Shown here: piece by piece, positions 8,131-16,232 of the stretch
Layout of the letters: every line of letters begins with the position of its first letter
Numbering within the stretch: position 1 is the first letter of the stretch
NCBI RefSeq assembly: GCF_017876815.1
Contig: NZ_JAGIOS010000003.1
Location: forward strand, 870,001 to 902,000
Origin: Sinorhizobium meliloti
GTDB lineage: Bacteria; Pseudomonadota; Alphaproteobacteria; Rhizobiales; Rhizobiaceae
Direction of reading: 5' to 3'
DNA length: 32,000 bases
The notes under the pieces: generated by a model
Databases searched by the model: none
The model's input: the letters and a program-made list of their open reading frames with translations, nothing else
What the model was told of the DNA's origin: nothing
Translations under genes and position numbers: made by a program

Positions 8131-8655
8131 TCACAGACGATAATGAAGCCGAACGCAGCCCTTGTCGATCGGCATCGCGCTAATCAGCGTCGGGCTTGCT
8201 CGTAAACCGGTGAGGGGGAACAGCGGCAAACCGGACCCCAGTATCTCCGGGATAACATAGATTTCGATCTCATCAAGTGCGCCTCGCTGCATGAAGGACA
8301 TCTGCAACTGACCGCCGCCCAGCATCCAGACGTCGCCGTCATCAAACGCGCGAAGTTCGGAGATCAGTGCATCAACATCGTTGCGAGTTTCAAGCGGCCC
8401 CTTCGGATTGTCCATCGGCCGAGAAGTGACCACGAACACTCGCTGATCTCCATAAGCCCACGGCGACGGCTCGTTGGCAATAAAGTCATAAGTGCCGCGG
8501 CCCATGACCACAGTACGGATCCGCTTTAGAAACCGGCGATAATCGTGCTCTCCCAGGTCCATGTCGTCATACTTGTAGAGCCAATCGAGCGAGCCGTCGC
8601 CGGAGACGATTAGCCCGTCAAGGCTCGCCGCGATATATCCCAAGATCTTAGCCAT
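8131..8655 (-). CDS. Dihydrofolate reductase-like (RibD C-terminal domain) family protein
   Basis: MAKILGYIAASLDGLI...TVVMGRGTYDF...VWMLGGGQL...LDEIEIYVIPEILGSG is typical of RibD_C family proteins. ATG 8655 is preferred because AAGGAGG lies 5 nt upstream. Confidence 0.85.
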   Translation of the reverse strand: MAKILGYIAASLDGLIVSGDGSLDWLYKYDDMDLGEHDYRRFLKRIRTVVMGRGTYDFIANEPSPWAYGDQRVFVVTSRPMDNPKGPLETRNDVDALISELRAFDDGDVWMLGGGQLQMSFMQRGALDEIEIYVIPEILGSGLPLFPLTGLRASPTLISAMPIDKGCVRLHYRL

Positions 8656-8677
8656 CAGCACCTCCTTGCCGAATAAG

Positions 8678-8691
8678 TAAACGTATGTTTA
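8678..8691. promoter_or_regulatory. Candidate TetR operator half-site palindrome TAAAC-GTAT-GTTTA
   Basis: A 5-bp inverted repeat within the 45-bp AT-rich divergent intergenic region between the RibD_C-like gene and the TetR gene. Confidence 0.3.
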
Positions 8692-8700
8692 TATATTTCG

Positions 8701-9264
8701 ATGCCGAGGCACAAGAAGATTTCCGATGAGCAGGTCCTCGATGATCTGTATGAACCTATTCTCAAGTTTGGACCTGACGGGCTGACATTCGCGCTGTCAG
8801 CCCAAGCCTGCGGGCTGTCCGCGGCGACACTGGTCCAACGATATGGCAGCCGCTTGGATCTCGTCGAGGCCGTCTTGCTGCGAGCATGGGACAAGTTGGA
8901 GGCTGAGACAGCCGCGGCCGATGCCGAGGAAGCGTTGACCCCCGAGGGTGCCATAGACTTCCTCATCCGTTTAATGCCGCCACACGACGCCGAGCGCAAT
9001 ACCGCGAACGGACTACTGCTGTTGAGAGAGGACATCCGCAATCGCAACCTGCGGGCTCGAGGTGCGAGGTGGGGGCAAACCCTCGCCACCGCCTTGGGCC
9101 GTCGCCTTTCCAGCGATAGAGAAGAAGCGGAAAGGCTCGGCTGGTTGATGGCCGCTGTCTGGCAGGGCGCGCATACATGGTGGGCATTCAACCGCAATGG
9201 CACAGCAGAGCAGGCAATTCGACGCGTGCTTGAAGAATGGCTGACCTCCATGCATAAGGCTTAG
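8701..9264 (+). CDS. TetR/AcrR family transcriptional regulator
   Basis: N-terminal HTH region GPDGLTFALSAQACGLSAATLVQRYGSRLDLVEAVL. About 187 aa and helical. Divergent from a small enzyme gene, as is typical for the family. Confidence 0.85.
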   Translation: MPRHKKISDEQVLDDLYEPILKFGPDGLTFALSAQACGLSAATLVQRYGSRLDLVEAVLLRAWDKLEAETAAADAEEALTPEGAIDFLIRLMPPHDAERNTANGLLLLREDIRNRNLRARGARWGQTLATALGRRLSSDREEAERLGWLMAAVWQGAHTWWAFNRNGTAEQAIRRVLEEWLTSMHKA

Positions 9265-9440
9265 ACGCATCCGCCCTGTATCTGAAGGGGCGGTGAGCTC
9301 GTCTGCTATGCGCCAAAAGCTGCCAAGCGACACGGCGACAGCGCCGTCCCTGTTGATACATTATGCGATCCTAAACGCACAAGGCGGGAACATCGAACGA
9401 ACAAGCCCTAGTTGAAGGTTGAAGACGCAGCTGCCGCGCC

Positions 9441-9920
9441 TTAGCGCCTTCTTCGCAATTTGGGAGCTGACCGCACGGGACCTCGCTCAATCCGACCGCA
9501 ATCCGGAAACTGATTACACTCATAAAACACCGAACCCTCCCGATTCCGTATCTCGACGATCTGCCCCACCAGGCAGGTGGGACATTGCTGCAGGGCGGTC
9601 CCTTCGGTCGTCTCGAACCGGATCTCATCGCCGGCGATCTCGCAGAGTTCCCGAATGTATCGAGATGGCTGGCGGCTGCCCGTAAAAAGGAACACGCCTC
9701 GGCTGGCATGTGTTAGCGCGACATAGAACAGGGGCCTTTCTTCAGCGTACGCGAACTTTTCGGGGCGAGGAATCACCAAGTTGAGCAGTTCATCGTCCTC
9801 AATGCGGCTCGGTACACCGTAATTGCCCTGGCTGACATCAAGCAGGATCGTATAGTCCGCTTCGAGCCCCTTCGCCCGATCATGGTCGATGCTACCATCG
9901 TCAAGGTCCACCGCCACGGC
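9441..9920 (-). pseudogene. C-terminal remnant of a UvrD/HelD-like superfamily I helicase with a topoisomerase-type zinc ribbon
   Basis: HDRAKGLEADYTILLDV...GVPSRIEDDELLNLV...AEERPLFYVALTHASRGVFLF corresponds to helicase motifs V-VI. It is followed by CPTCLVGQIVEIRNREGSVFYECNQFPDC. There is no helicase N-terminal ATPase region upstream. Confidence 0.7.
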
Positions 9921-10040
9921 CAAGGCGCAAAAGGGGGACTCAGAGCCAGGCCATGGGCCGTTCCAAGGGCGGCATGACGACCAAAATCCACCTTCGGCGC
10001 TGGCCAGACGGACACGCAGTCTTCGAACCCGATCACCTTC

Positions 10041-10925
10041 GTGGTTACCGCAAAGGAAGTTGTCGGACTCCATGAAGGCGTAAAATCCCTAAGCCTCGGG
10101 TACTACTCATCATGCGCCCTGATGGTCGACGGAACTGCCAAGTGTTGGGGTGAAAATGGAGGTCCAACTTATCGGCTACTCGCCACTGGCAGCACGGCGG
10201 AGTTCGTGACGACGCCGGAGACGGTGACACAGTCAGGGATTGTTCTCCACTCTCGCGGCCTCAGTAGCTCCTGCTTTGTCCTGAGCAAGGAGGTCCGTTG
10301 CACCGACAATACCGGAGCCAAGAAGTTGGTCAGCGGCCTAAGCACAGGCATCTCGGAAATCTCCTCAGGGTACGCACACCAGTGCGTCCGCATGAACTCT
10401 GGAGAGGTTCGTTGCTGGGGCGTTGGTAGAGCTGGTCAGCTTGGAAACGGGGGGACATCCTTCAGCAGTACACCTGTCGTCGCCACGGGCGTTTCGAATG
10501 CGGTCCAGGTGTCCGCGATGAATGACTTCACCTGTGCATTGACACAGGCCGGAGCGGTTATGTGCTGGGGAACGGGATATGGCGCGACACCGGCAGTGGT
10601 TCCAGGCTTGGAAAGCGGCGTGAGTGCTATCACGACGGGGCATGCTGCTTCGAACCTCTGTGTTATCATGCAAAACGGCGGCGTGAAATGTAAAGGAAAC
10701 GGCACCGCTGGGCAGCTGGGCAACGGCCAAAACAAGAGTTTGAATGTGATGGTCGATGTCATCGGATTGGAGGCTCCGGCGATCTCGTTGTCCACTTCGC
10801 TCGCGAGCAGCTGCGTGGTTCTGTCCAATGGTAAGACGCTATGCTGGGGCAACAACGGAAACGGCCGTCTCGGCGTAGGCGATACGGCGAATAGGAACGT
10901 ACCAACGCCGGTGGTGCTGCCGTGA
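10041..10925 (+). CDS. RCC1-repeat (beta-propeller) protein, apparently 5'-truncated
   Basis: Repeated motifs KCWGENGG, RCWGVGRAGQLGNG, MCWGTGYG, KCKGNGTAGQLGNG and LCWGNNGNGRLGVG at roughly 50-aa spacing. No signal peptide or N-terminal domain. The frame is open back to 9978, where it abuts the helicase remnant. GC looks lower than in the flanks. Confidence 0.7.
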   Translation: MVTAKEVVGLHEGVKSLSLGYYSSCALMVDGTAKCWGENGGPTYRLLATGSTAEFVTTPETVTQSGIVLHSRGLSSSCFVLSKEVRCTDNTGAKKLVSGLSTGISEISSGYAHQCVRMNSGEVRCWGVGRAGQLGNGGTSFSSTPVVATGVSNAVQVSAMNDFTCALTQAGAVMCWGTGYGATPAVVPGLESGVSAITTGHAASNLCVIMQNGGVKCKGNGTAGQLGNGQNKSLNVMVDVIGLEAPAISLSTSLASSCVVLSNGKTLCWGNNGNGRLGVGDTANRNVPTPVVLP

Positions 10926-10926
10926 A

Positions 10927-10973
10927 GATCAAGGAGGCGGCGAGACAGAGTTATCGCCGCCGCCGCCTTGATC
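10927..10973 (+). terminator. Imperfect GC-rich stem-loop just after the RCC1-repeat gene stop
   Basis: GATCAAGG(A)GGCGGCGA...TCGCCGCC(GCCG)CCTTGATC. No clear T tract. Confidence 0.35.
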
Positions 10974-11036
10974 TCGCCCGTGCCCGCATTTGTGTTCCTC
11001 GAAGTAAGGTGCTTTCGTCAACCACTCGCTGACCTC

Positions 11037-11046
11037 CCCCTGAAGG
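11037..11046. repeat. Left copy of the 10-bp target-site duplication CCCCTGAAGG of the ISAs1-family element
   Basis: Identical 10-mer at 12213-12222, immediately outside the other IS end. Confidence 0.75.
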
Positions 11047-12212
11047 CAGGGCTATCGCATATGAGCGATAAGAGAAGTGAGGAATTGGTCATCCCAGCCC
11101 GCCTTTTTGATTTTCCGGCGGATGGAAGCCTTGTCGGGGTGAGATCGCAAGAGGTTGAGAGCGATCTTGCGCAAGAAGGCAATGTTCTGAGGGCCGTTGT
11201 CCTTGCGGTTTCTGGCGGCGTCCTCGCGGAAGTGGACATCCAGAACCCAATGCAGTTTGTTTTCGATTTGCCAATGGGTTCTTACAACCTCGATCAGCGC
11301 GCTCGGCGACATGGTGGTGGAGAGCAGGAAGTAGCGGACATGGCTGGTCAAATGGCCGTTGGTATGACGGCTTGTGGTCTCGACGCAGCCGATGGCCTGC
11401 AGGCCCGGAAAGTTGATGTCGTCGACAGCCACAACGCTGGCGCGGCGTGTCTCGGTGCGGTCATGGGCAGTCTCGGCTGCAATCTGGATGCTCTCGACGT
11501 GGTCGGCGTCCTCGATGCGGGCGAGCGCCTGGGCCAAGAGGCCGGGCTGGTTGGCCTTGAGTGCCAGAGCATAATCGCCGCCGGCAGCGAGGATGGCGCG
11601 GGCGGTGTCGGGCCGGCAATGCAGGGCATCGGCGGTGACGATAGAGCCCTCCAGTGCCAGCAGCGCGAGCGCATCGAGAGCCCCTTGCACCTCATTGCGG
11701 CCCGGCGCGAGCTTTTGGCCGACGACCAGACCGGGACCGGCAGCCCAGACATTGACGAAGTGGAGTGGCGTGGCCTTGGCGGCGCGCCGGTAGGCACCGC
11801 GCACCGCCTTTCCATCGATTGCTACCACCCCTTCGAGACCCTGCGCAAAGCTCGCCGTGAGACGGCGAAAGGCCGCATCAAAGGCATCCGGATCGAGATG
11901 GCGGAAGACGGTGGAGAAGGTGTCATGGCTGGGAATGCCATAGGGCAGCGGCACGATTGTCTTCAGCCATTTCTTCTTGGCAACGCCGAAATCGGCCATA
12001 TCGGTACAGCTTTCCGCACCGCAGACAATCGCCGCAACGGCAATGAACAGGATCGACGTCAACGGATGGCGCGCATTGCGACCGCGCGGATCGGGCAAAT
12101 CTTCAAAGCAAGCGGCAAATCTACTCATCGAGACCTCCAAGTCAGCGGAGAACTCCAAGAATCGATTTGCCGCAACAAAACAACCGCTTATTTGCTAAAT
12201 GCGATTCCCCTG
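11047..12212 (-). mobile_element. ISAs1-family insertion sequence (1166 bp)
   Basis: Terminal inverted repeats CAGGGCTATCGCAT (11047-11060) and CAGGGGAATCGCAT (reverse complement of 12199-12212), 12/14 identical. CAGGG termini and 8-10 bp duplications are the ISAs1 family hallmarks as I remember them. Single transposase ORF. Confidence 0.8.
11052..12128 (-). CDS. ISAs1 family transposase (H-repeat-associated protein type)
   Basis: MSRFAACFEDLPDPRGRNARHPL...VAIDGKAVRG...THWQIENKLHWVLDVHFREDAARNRKDNGPQN is the typical ISAs1 signature. ATG 12128 is preferred because GGAGG lies 6 nt upstream. The stop codon lies inside the left IR. Confidence 0.9.
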   Translation of the reverse strand: MSRFAACFEDLPDPRGRNARHPLTSILFIAVAAIVCGAESCTDMADFGVAKKKWLKTIVPLPYGIPSHDTFSTVFRHLDPDAFDAAFRRLTASFAQGLEGVVAIDGKAVRGAYRRAAKATPLHFVNVWAAGPGLVVGQKLAPGRNEVQGALDALALLALEGSIVTADALHCRPDTARAILAAGGDYALALKANQPGLLAQALARIEDADHVESIQIAAETAHDRTETRRASVVAVDDINFPGLQAIGCVETTSRHTNGHLTSHVRYFLLSTTMSPSALIEVVRTHWQIENKLHWVLDVHFREDAARNRKDNGPQNIAFLRKIALNLLRSHPDKASIRRKIKKAGWDDQFLTSLIAHMR

Positions 12213-12222
12213 CCCCTGAAGG
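12213..12222. repeat. Right copy of the 10-bp target-site duplication CCCCTGAAGG
   Basis: See 11037-11046. Confidence 0.75.
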
Positions 12223-12249
12223 GAGGATTGCGCTCGGAATTTGTTCAAC

Positions 12250-13335
12250 TCAGAGCCGCGAGAGCAGCGAGGCAAGCTGACATTGGCTGTGCGTGTCCGT
12301 TTTGGCAAAAACCGCCTTGAGCTGGTTCCGGGCCGTATCGTAGGCGATGCCGCATTCGTGGCCAATTCGTTCCAGAGACTTCCCGAGGGCAATGTTCTGG
12401 GCGAGTTTGGCTTCCGCCACCGTCAGTTCAAAGCACGCCTGCAAGGCTGAGAGCGTCGGCGTACGCGCTGCCTCGGGATCGGTCACAACGGCGACCGCCT
12501 GACCAGGAGCCAACGGGCTATAGGAGACCGATGGCAGTTTCTGTACGTATGCAAGCATCGGTCGCCGTCCTGGCCGTGGCAACAGTATAGGACCGGGGGA
12601 ACGAGGCGATTCTCGGACGATGACCTCGTGCAGAAGCGTTTCAAGCGCCTGGGTGGCATTCCTATCCGAAGAAGTCAGTCGTCGCCCAGTGATCTTCAAT
12701 GTATCACCCAACAGCATCTCCGCGCTGGCGTTCAATCTCAGGACGTTGCCAGAGACGTCGAATACGAATGCCGGCGTGTTGCTCCTTTCGTAAGCGTCGA
12801 GCGCCGCATCGACGCGGGAAAATCCAAGCATGTTCGAGACTGCGGATGCCGAAGCAAGCCGACGGGACAAATCGGCGAGTGTTTCGAGCTGATCCGGCGA
12901 GAACGGTCCTTGCTCTATGGATCGCTGGATCGACAGGCACCAAAGACTGTCGCCTGATGCCACTTTCACCCCTGCGAACCAACGCAACTTGTGAGGGGCG
13001 AGAAACTCCTGATAGTACGGGTGCCGCTCGATCTGATCGGCTGTGAACAAGTCGAGATCGGTCGCCACTCCTTTTTGGAGAAGCCTGGACAAAATTCCGT
13101 AGCGGACATCTCGCTCGCTCCAACCTCCCTGGATGTAGGCTTCGGTAGCGGCCTCCATGTTTTCGCTCTGGGGAATTCCAGGGAGGTGGCTCTGCGCATC
13201 GAAAAGGAGCGCCCCAGTCGAACCCGTGGCTCTGGCCGCGACGGTCATTGCCTCTTTCCATTTTGTCGGATCCACAGCGGCTTCGACAAAAGCACGCTCG
13301 ATCGCCTCCAAGTCGAAGTTGGCATCCATCGGCAT
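12250..13335 (-). CDS. LuxR-family transcriptional regulator (C-terminal GerE-type HTH, large N-terminal sensor region)
   Basis: C-terminus LTVAEAKLAQNIALGKSLERIGHECGIAYDTARNQLKAVFAKTDTHSQCQLASLLSRL. ATG 13335 or 13329 is preferred over the track TTG at 13356 because GAGGGG lies just upstream. Confidence 0.85.
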   Translation of the reverse strand: MPMDANFDLEAIERAFVEAAVDPTKWKEAMTVAARATGSTGALLFDAQSHLPGIPQSENMEAATEAYIQGGWSERDVRYGILSRLLQKGVATDLDLFTADQIERHPYYQEFLAPHKLRWFAGVKVASGDSLWCLSIQRSIEQGPFSPDQLETLADLSRRLASASAVSNMLGFSRVDAALDAYERSNTPAFVFDVSGNVLRLNASAEMLLGDTLKITGRRLTSSDRNATQALETLLHEVIVRESPRSPGPILLPRPGRRPMLAYVQKLPSVSYSPLAPGQAVAVVTDPEAARTPTLSALQACFELTVAEAKLAQNIALGKSLERIGHECGIAYDTARNQLKAVFAKTDTHSQCQLASLLSRL

Positions 13336-13960
13336 GGACCCCTCTGGATTTATCAATTTGTTCGTATGACTATCTAAAATCGCGCCAGTTCATGCTGGCC
13401 ATGAGTATACGTTTCTATCCCTTGTGCGCTTGCTTCCCCCGAGATGCTATCCCACCGCGAACGCTCTCACCTCGGCGAAGCCGCAAAACACCGACGCGGC
13501 TTGCCCCTTGGCTGGGTTCACCCGCGAAGAAAGAATTTAGCTGACCGTATTTTAGTTTAAGCTGCAATACAACAGTCAATTGCACTGTGTTGCCTGCGCG
13601 ACGCGGAATCGCGCCGTGATGTACTATCAGTCCGACCATCCAGAAACGGCGGCCATCTGGAGATTTCCCGAACTCACGGGTCTAAAACGGATGCGAGGCA
13701 TTTGCCGATATTGTCCATCAGGGCGTCATCAGAAGGCGCTGTGGCGGCCATTTCCGTCGGAATCGGGAATTGCCGTCGGCTTACTACTCCAACGGCTCGC
13801 GAGGGACCCATGGGAGTGGTGTTGCGGAACGGCGTCAGGCATCCGCGAGCGGTACTCGCCGCCGCAGGTGTGCTGGAAAACCTTCAAGACAAGGGTGGTA
13901 TTGCCTGTGGGAACTACACCGCGCACCGCTGAACCCTCTCGGGCTGGACTAGCATGGCGA

Positions 13961-14251
13961 TCAGACGCCTTGCTCAACTTTTGGAAGCTCGCACCGCCAT
14001 TTTGTCACCCTAAAGGCTGGATGCTGCTCCGACCATTGTGCGACATAAATGACGGACCGAGACATACACTGGGTCAGGGTTACTTGGTCCCCAAGTTGAA
14101 AGCGCTCCTCCCGGCATTTTTCGGGTGCCGAGTGAAGACATATAGTCAGTACAAGCGTCACCACGCCCGCGGCGACTTCCGGAACGTGAGCGAACGTCAA
14201 AGCAAGCGCGAAAAACGTGACGCCCCAACCGAGTGTAAACACGCCGCGCAT
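13961..14251 (-). CDS. Hypothetical small membrane-anchored Cys-containing protein (96 aa)
   Basis: N-terminal hydrophobic helix GVFTLGWGVTFFALALTFA followed by a soluble domain with four Cys. A GGGGAA-like SD lies upstream. No family recognised. Confidence 0.4.
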   Translation of the reverse strand: MRGVFTLGWGVTFFALALTFAHVPEVAAGVVTLVLTICLHSAPEKCREERFQLGDQVTLTQCMSRSVIYVAQWSEQHPAFRVTKWRCELPKVEQGV

Positions 14252-14680
14252 TGTCGGTTCCCCGCGACTTTGACGGACACATGGTAGCGCGGGTTCACCA
14301 ACTCCACATGCCCCATATGGGTCATATGCGCGCTCTGGATGGCTTGGGCCAATCGAGACGGCGGGGTTTCATCTGGGGAGGAGTCCGATACCGCTCCGTC
14401 AATCACGGGTCCCGACCCGTGCGAGAGTGGCTGGACTCTGAGTGAAGATGGATGACGCGCAATTGCGAACTGGTGCACTTGGGCTCGTTCCACGAGGATG
14501 TCGCCGCGTTGCCCGGGCACTCTGTTGCTCGAGGAGTTCCGGCATAGGCTCATGAATTGGCGTCTGCCAGGAAAGTACCCGCCGCTGGCTCATACCTTGT
14601 AGGCTTCCTTGCGGAATCTCGGGTATAGTGTGTTGACGGGCAGAGCAAGAGCAGCAAAGCCTTGTCGCCGGGGGAGCAGA

Positions 14681-15061
14681 ATGACCGAGTTTGCAATCCA
14701 AGATGCCGATGCCGCGAAGCTCGAGGTGTTCGCGTCAGCCTTCCATCGCCTTTATGCGGGCAAGGGTCCAGACGCCGCGCTCAACCGTAACTCGGCTCGG
14801 AAGGTCGCCGACCTGGCTGTCGACGCCCTTGGGCAGCCTGCACGGGATTTCATGGCCATGGTCGATCCGTTGAACCCGCTCCGCCCAAAGGACCTCGACG
14901 ATCTCCGGATTACCTATCCAGCGGAAGCCGGAGACGAAATCAAGGCGGCGGTTGCGCTTGTCTACTGCTACAGGCACCCTGAACAAATCGATCTTTCCGA
15001 GCTGGACGACGCCTATTCGCTGCTGGCGTCGTCCGACATGGAACATTCGCCGTCCCCCTGA
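14681..15061 (+). CDS. Hypothetical protein (126 aa)
   Basis: Internal ATG of track ORF 14609..15061, with GGGGGAG 4-5 nt upstream. Acidic, protein-like composition. No family recognised. Confidence 0.4.
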   Translation: MTEFAIQDADAAKLEVFASAFHRLYAGKGPDAALNRNSARKVADLAVDALGQPARDFMAMVDPLNPLRPKDLDDLRITYPAEAGDEIKAAVALVYCYRHPEQIDLSELDDAYSLLASSDMEHSPSP

Positions 15062-15133
15062 AACCACCGGCGACACGAACATCACACGTTTTCGTCCTAC
15101 TGTTCGGGTGGACGACTGAAAGAGTTTTGACGA

Positions 15134-15577
15134 ATGTACTACGCATCACCACTCGACAGGCAGCATTTGCTGAGGAAACGAGCCGCCCACCGGATCATCG
15201 CCCGCTGTCTCCGTGGCGACAGGGGTGAATTCCTCATGGAGAAGGCGCGTATCGCCCTTTCGGAGATGGAGCGGTCTGACGGGCCGACACCCTACGTGCG
15301 TGGGTGGCAAGACTTGTTCTCGGGCGACAGGTTCGATGTCGCCCGGCGTATCGTCATGCGCGATGAAGCGGCCGAGGACCTGCGCGAAACGTCGCCCTTC
15401 ATGAAACTGCACGGCTTCGACTACGGCCAGCGCATGTCGATCGTCTTGATGGACGAGGGTAGTGAGGCCAAGGGAGCGTATCGTTCTGCCGAACGCCATA
15501 GCGGACACTACATTGCCGCCCCCGCTTTCAAAAGAACCTTCGCGCCGCTGGCGGCGACCTCGCGGGCGAGAGCTTGA
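15134..15577 (+). CDS. Hypothetical protein; only about 15134-15450 is likely authentic coding sequence
   Basis: The N-terminal two thirds look protein-like. The 3' third runs antisense through a fragment of the periplasmic-protein paralog, so the present stop is probably fortuitous. Confidence 0.3.
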   Translation: MYYASPLDRQHLLRKRAAHRIIARCLRGDRGEFLMEKARIALSEMERSDGPTPYVRGWQDLFSGDRFDVARRIVMRDEAAEDLRETSPFMKLHGFDYGQRMSIVLMDEGSEAKGAYRSAERHSGHYIAAPAFKRTFAPLAATSRARA

Positions 15578-15813
15578 GGATCATCCGAGTGCGTGAACTC
15601 CCCCTCAAGCAGGAGTATCGGCGGGGCATTGTCGATAGGAATGCGCTGCACCGTTATGTCGGCATGGGCTGCCGCACAGCTCAAAAGGTTTGCCAACAAG
15701 GCCACTAGTGCGACACGACGCAAGATCACGGTGAAAATACCCAACCAATTTACCATCCACACTAGCGTTTCGATTGCGCGACGCAATACTGGGACGTGTT
15801 CGACGATTATCAT
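15452..15813 (-). pseudogene. Frameshifted N-terminal fragment of a periplasmic ClpP/NfeD-fold (COG3904-like) protein, paralog of 17889-19135
   Basis: Signal-like LVALLANLLSCAAAHA, then ITVQRIPIDNAPPILLLEGEFTHSDDPQALAREVAASGAKV. After a frame change near 15510-15525 it continues FESGGGNVVSAMAFGRTIRSLGLTTLV. This parallels SIEQLQIEGGDIVLVVRGEFEFGDRPEALSAAVTQSGARVVTFNSDGGNVHAAMAFGRTIRALGLETI in the other copy. Homology stops at about 15452. Confidence 0.6.
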
Positions 15814-16232
15814 TCGCGCGCCAAACCGAATCGACGCTTGCAGTTTTTGAGGCGGAGAGTTTCGTGGGAAGAATGGTTTTGCTCACCAATGGCAACCCAA
15901 AGGTCACCAACGGCGCTAGGACGCATCGCAGCGGCTCGAGTAGAGACGGAGGTGACAGACACTAGAGAGTAGCCCGCTATCGGTCCAAGCGGACCGTCAA
16001 CTTTCAGGAAATGCCAAAGGCGACCTGAATGACCGACTTGGGCGCGCAAAAGAGACGTGGGCATATAGCATTCGGGCCCTTTGCTGCCGTTCGAGGTCGC
16101 AACGTGCGGTATGTGCTAGAATGCAACCGAAGGGCGGAACGCGACAGACGCACTGCGAGGGGCGGTGTGATCGAACCGGAATTCGCGCGACCGAGAGCCG
16201 GCGTTGTGCTCTTGGAAGGGGAGACGAGGACG

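Noticed and set aside
8655-9251. 198-aa minus-strand ORF
   Set aside because: Antisense to the TetR gene, Ser/Ala/Arg-rich.
10968-12320. 450-aa + strand ORF, the longest ORF in this part of the window
   Set aside because: It lies entirely antisense to the ISAs1 transposase, runs across both IS ends, and has Gly/Ala/Arg-rich low-complexity composition. It is a shadow ORF typical of high-GC DNA.
16029-16232. N-terminal extension of the molybdoenzyme ORF from the track start at 16029
   Set aside because: The extension is Arg-rich and not protein-like, and it lacks a Tat motif. ATG 16233 has a proper SD and gives the family-typical N-terminus.
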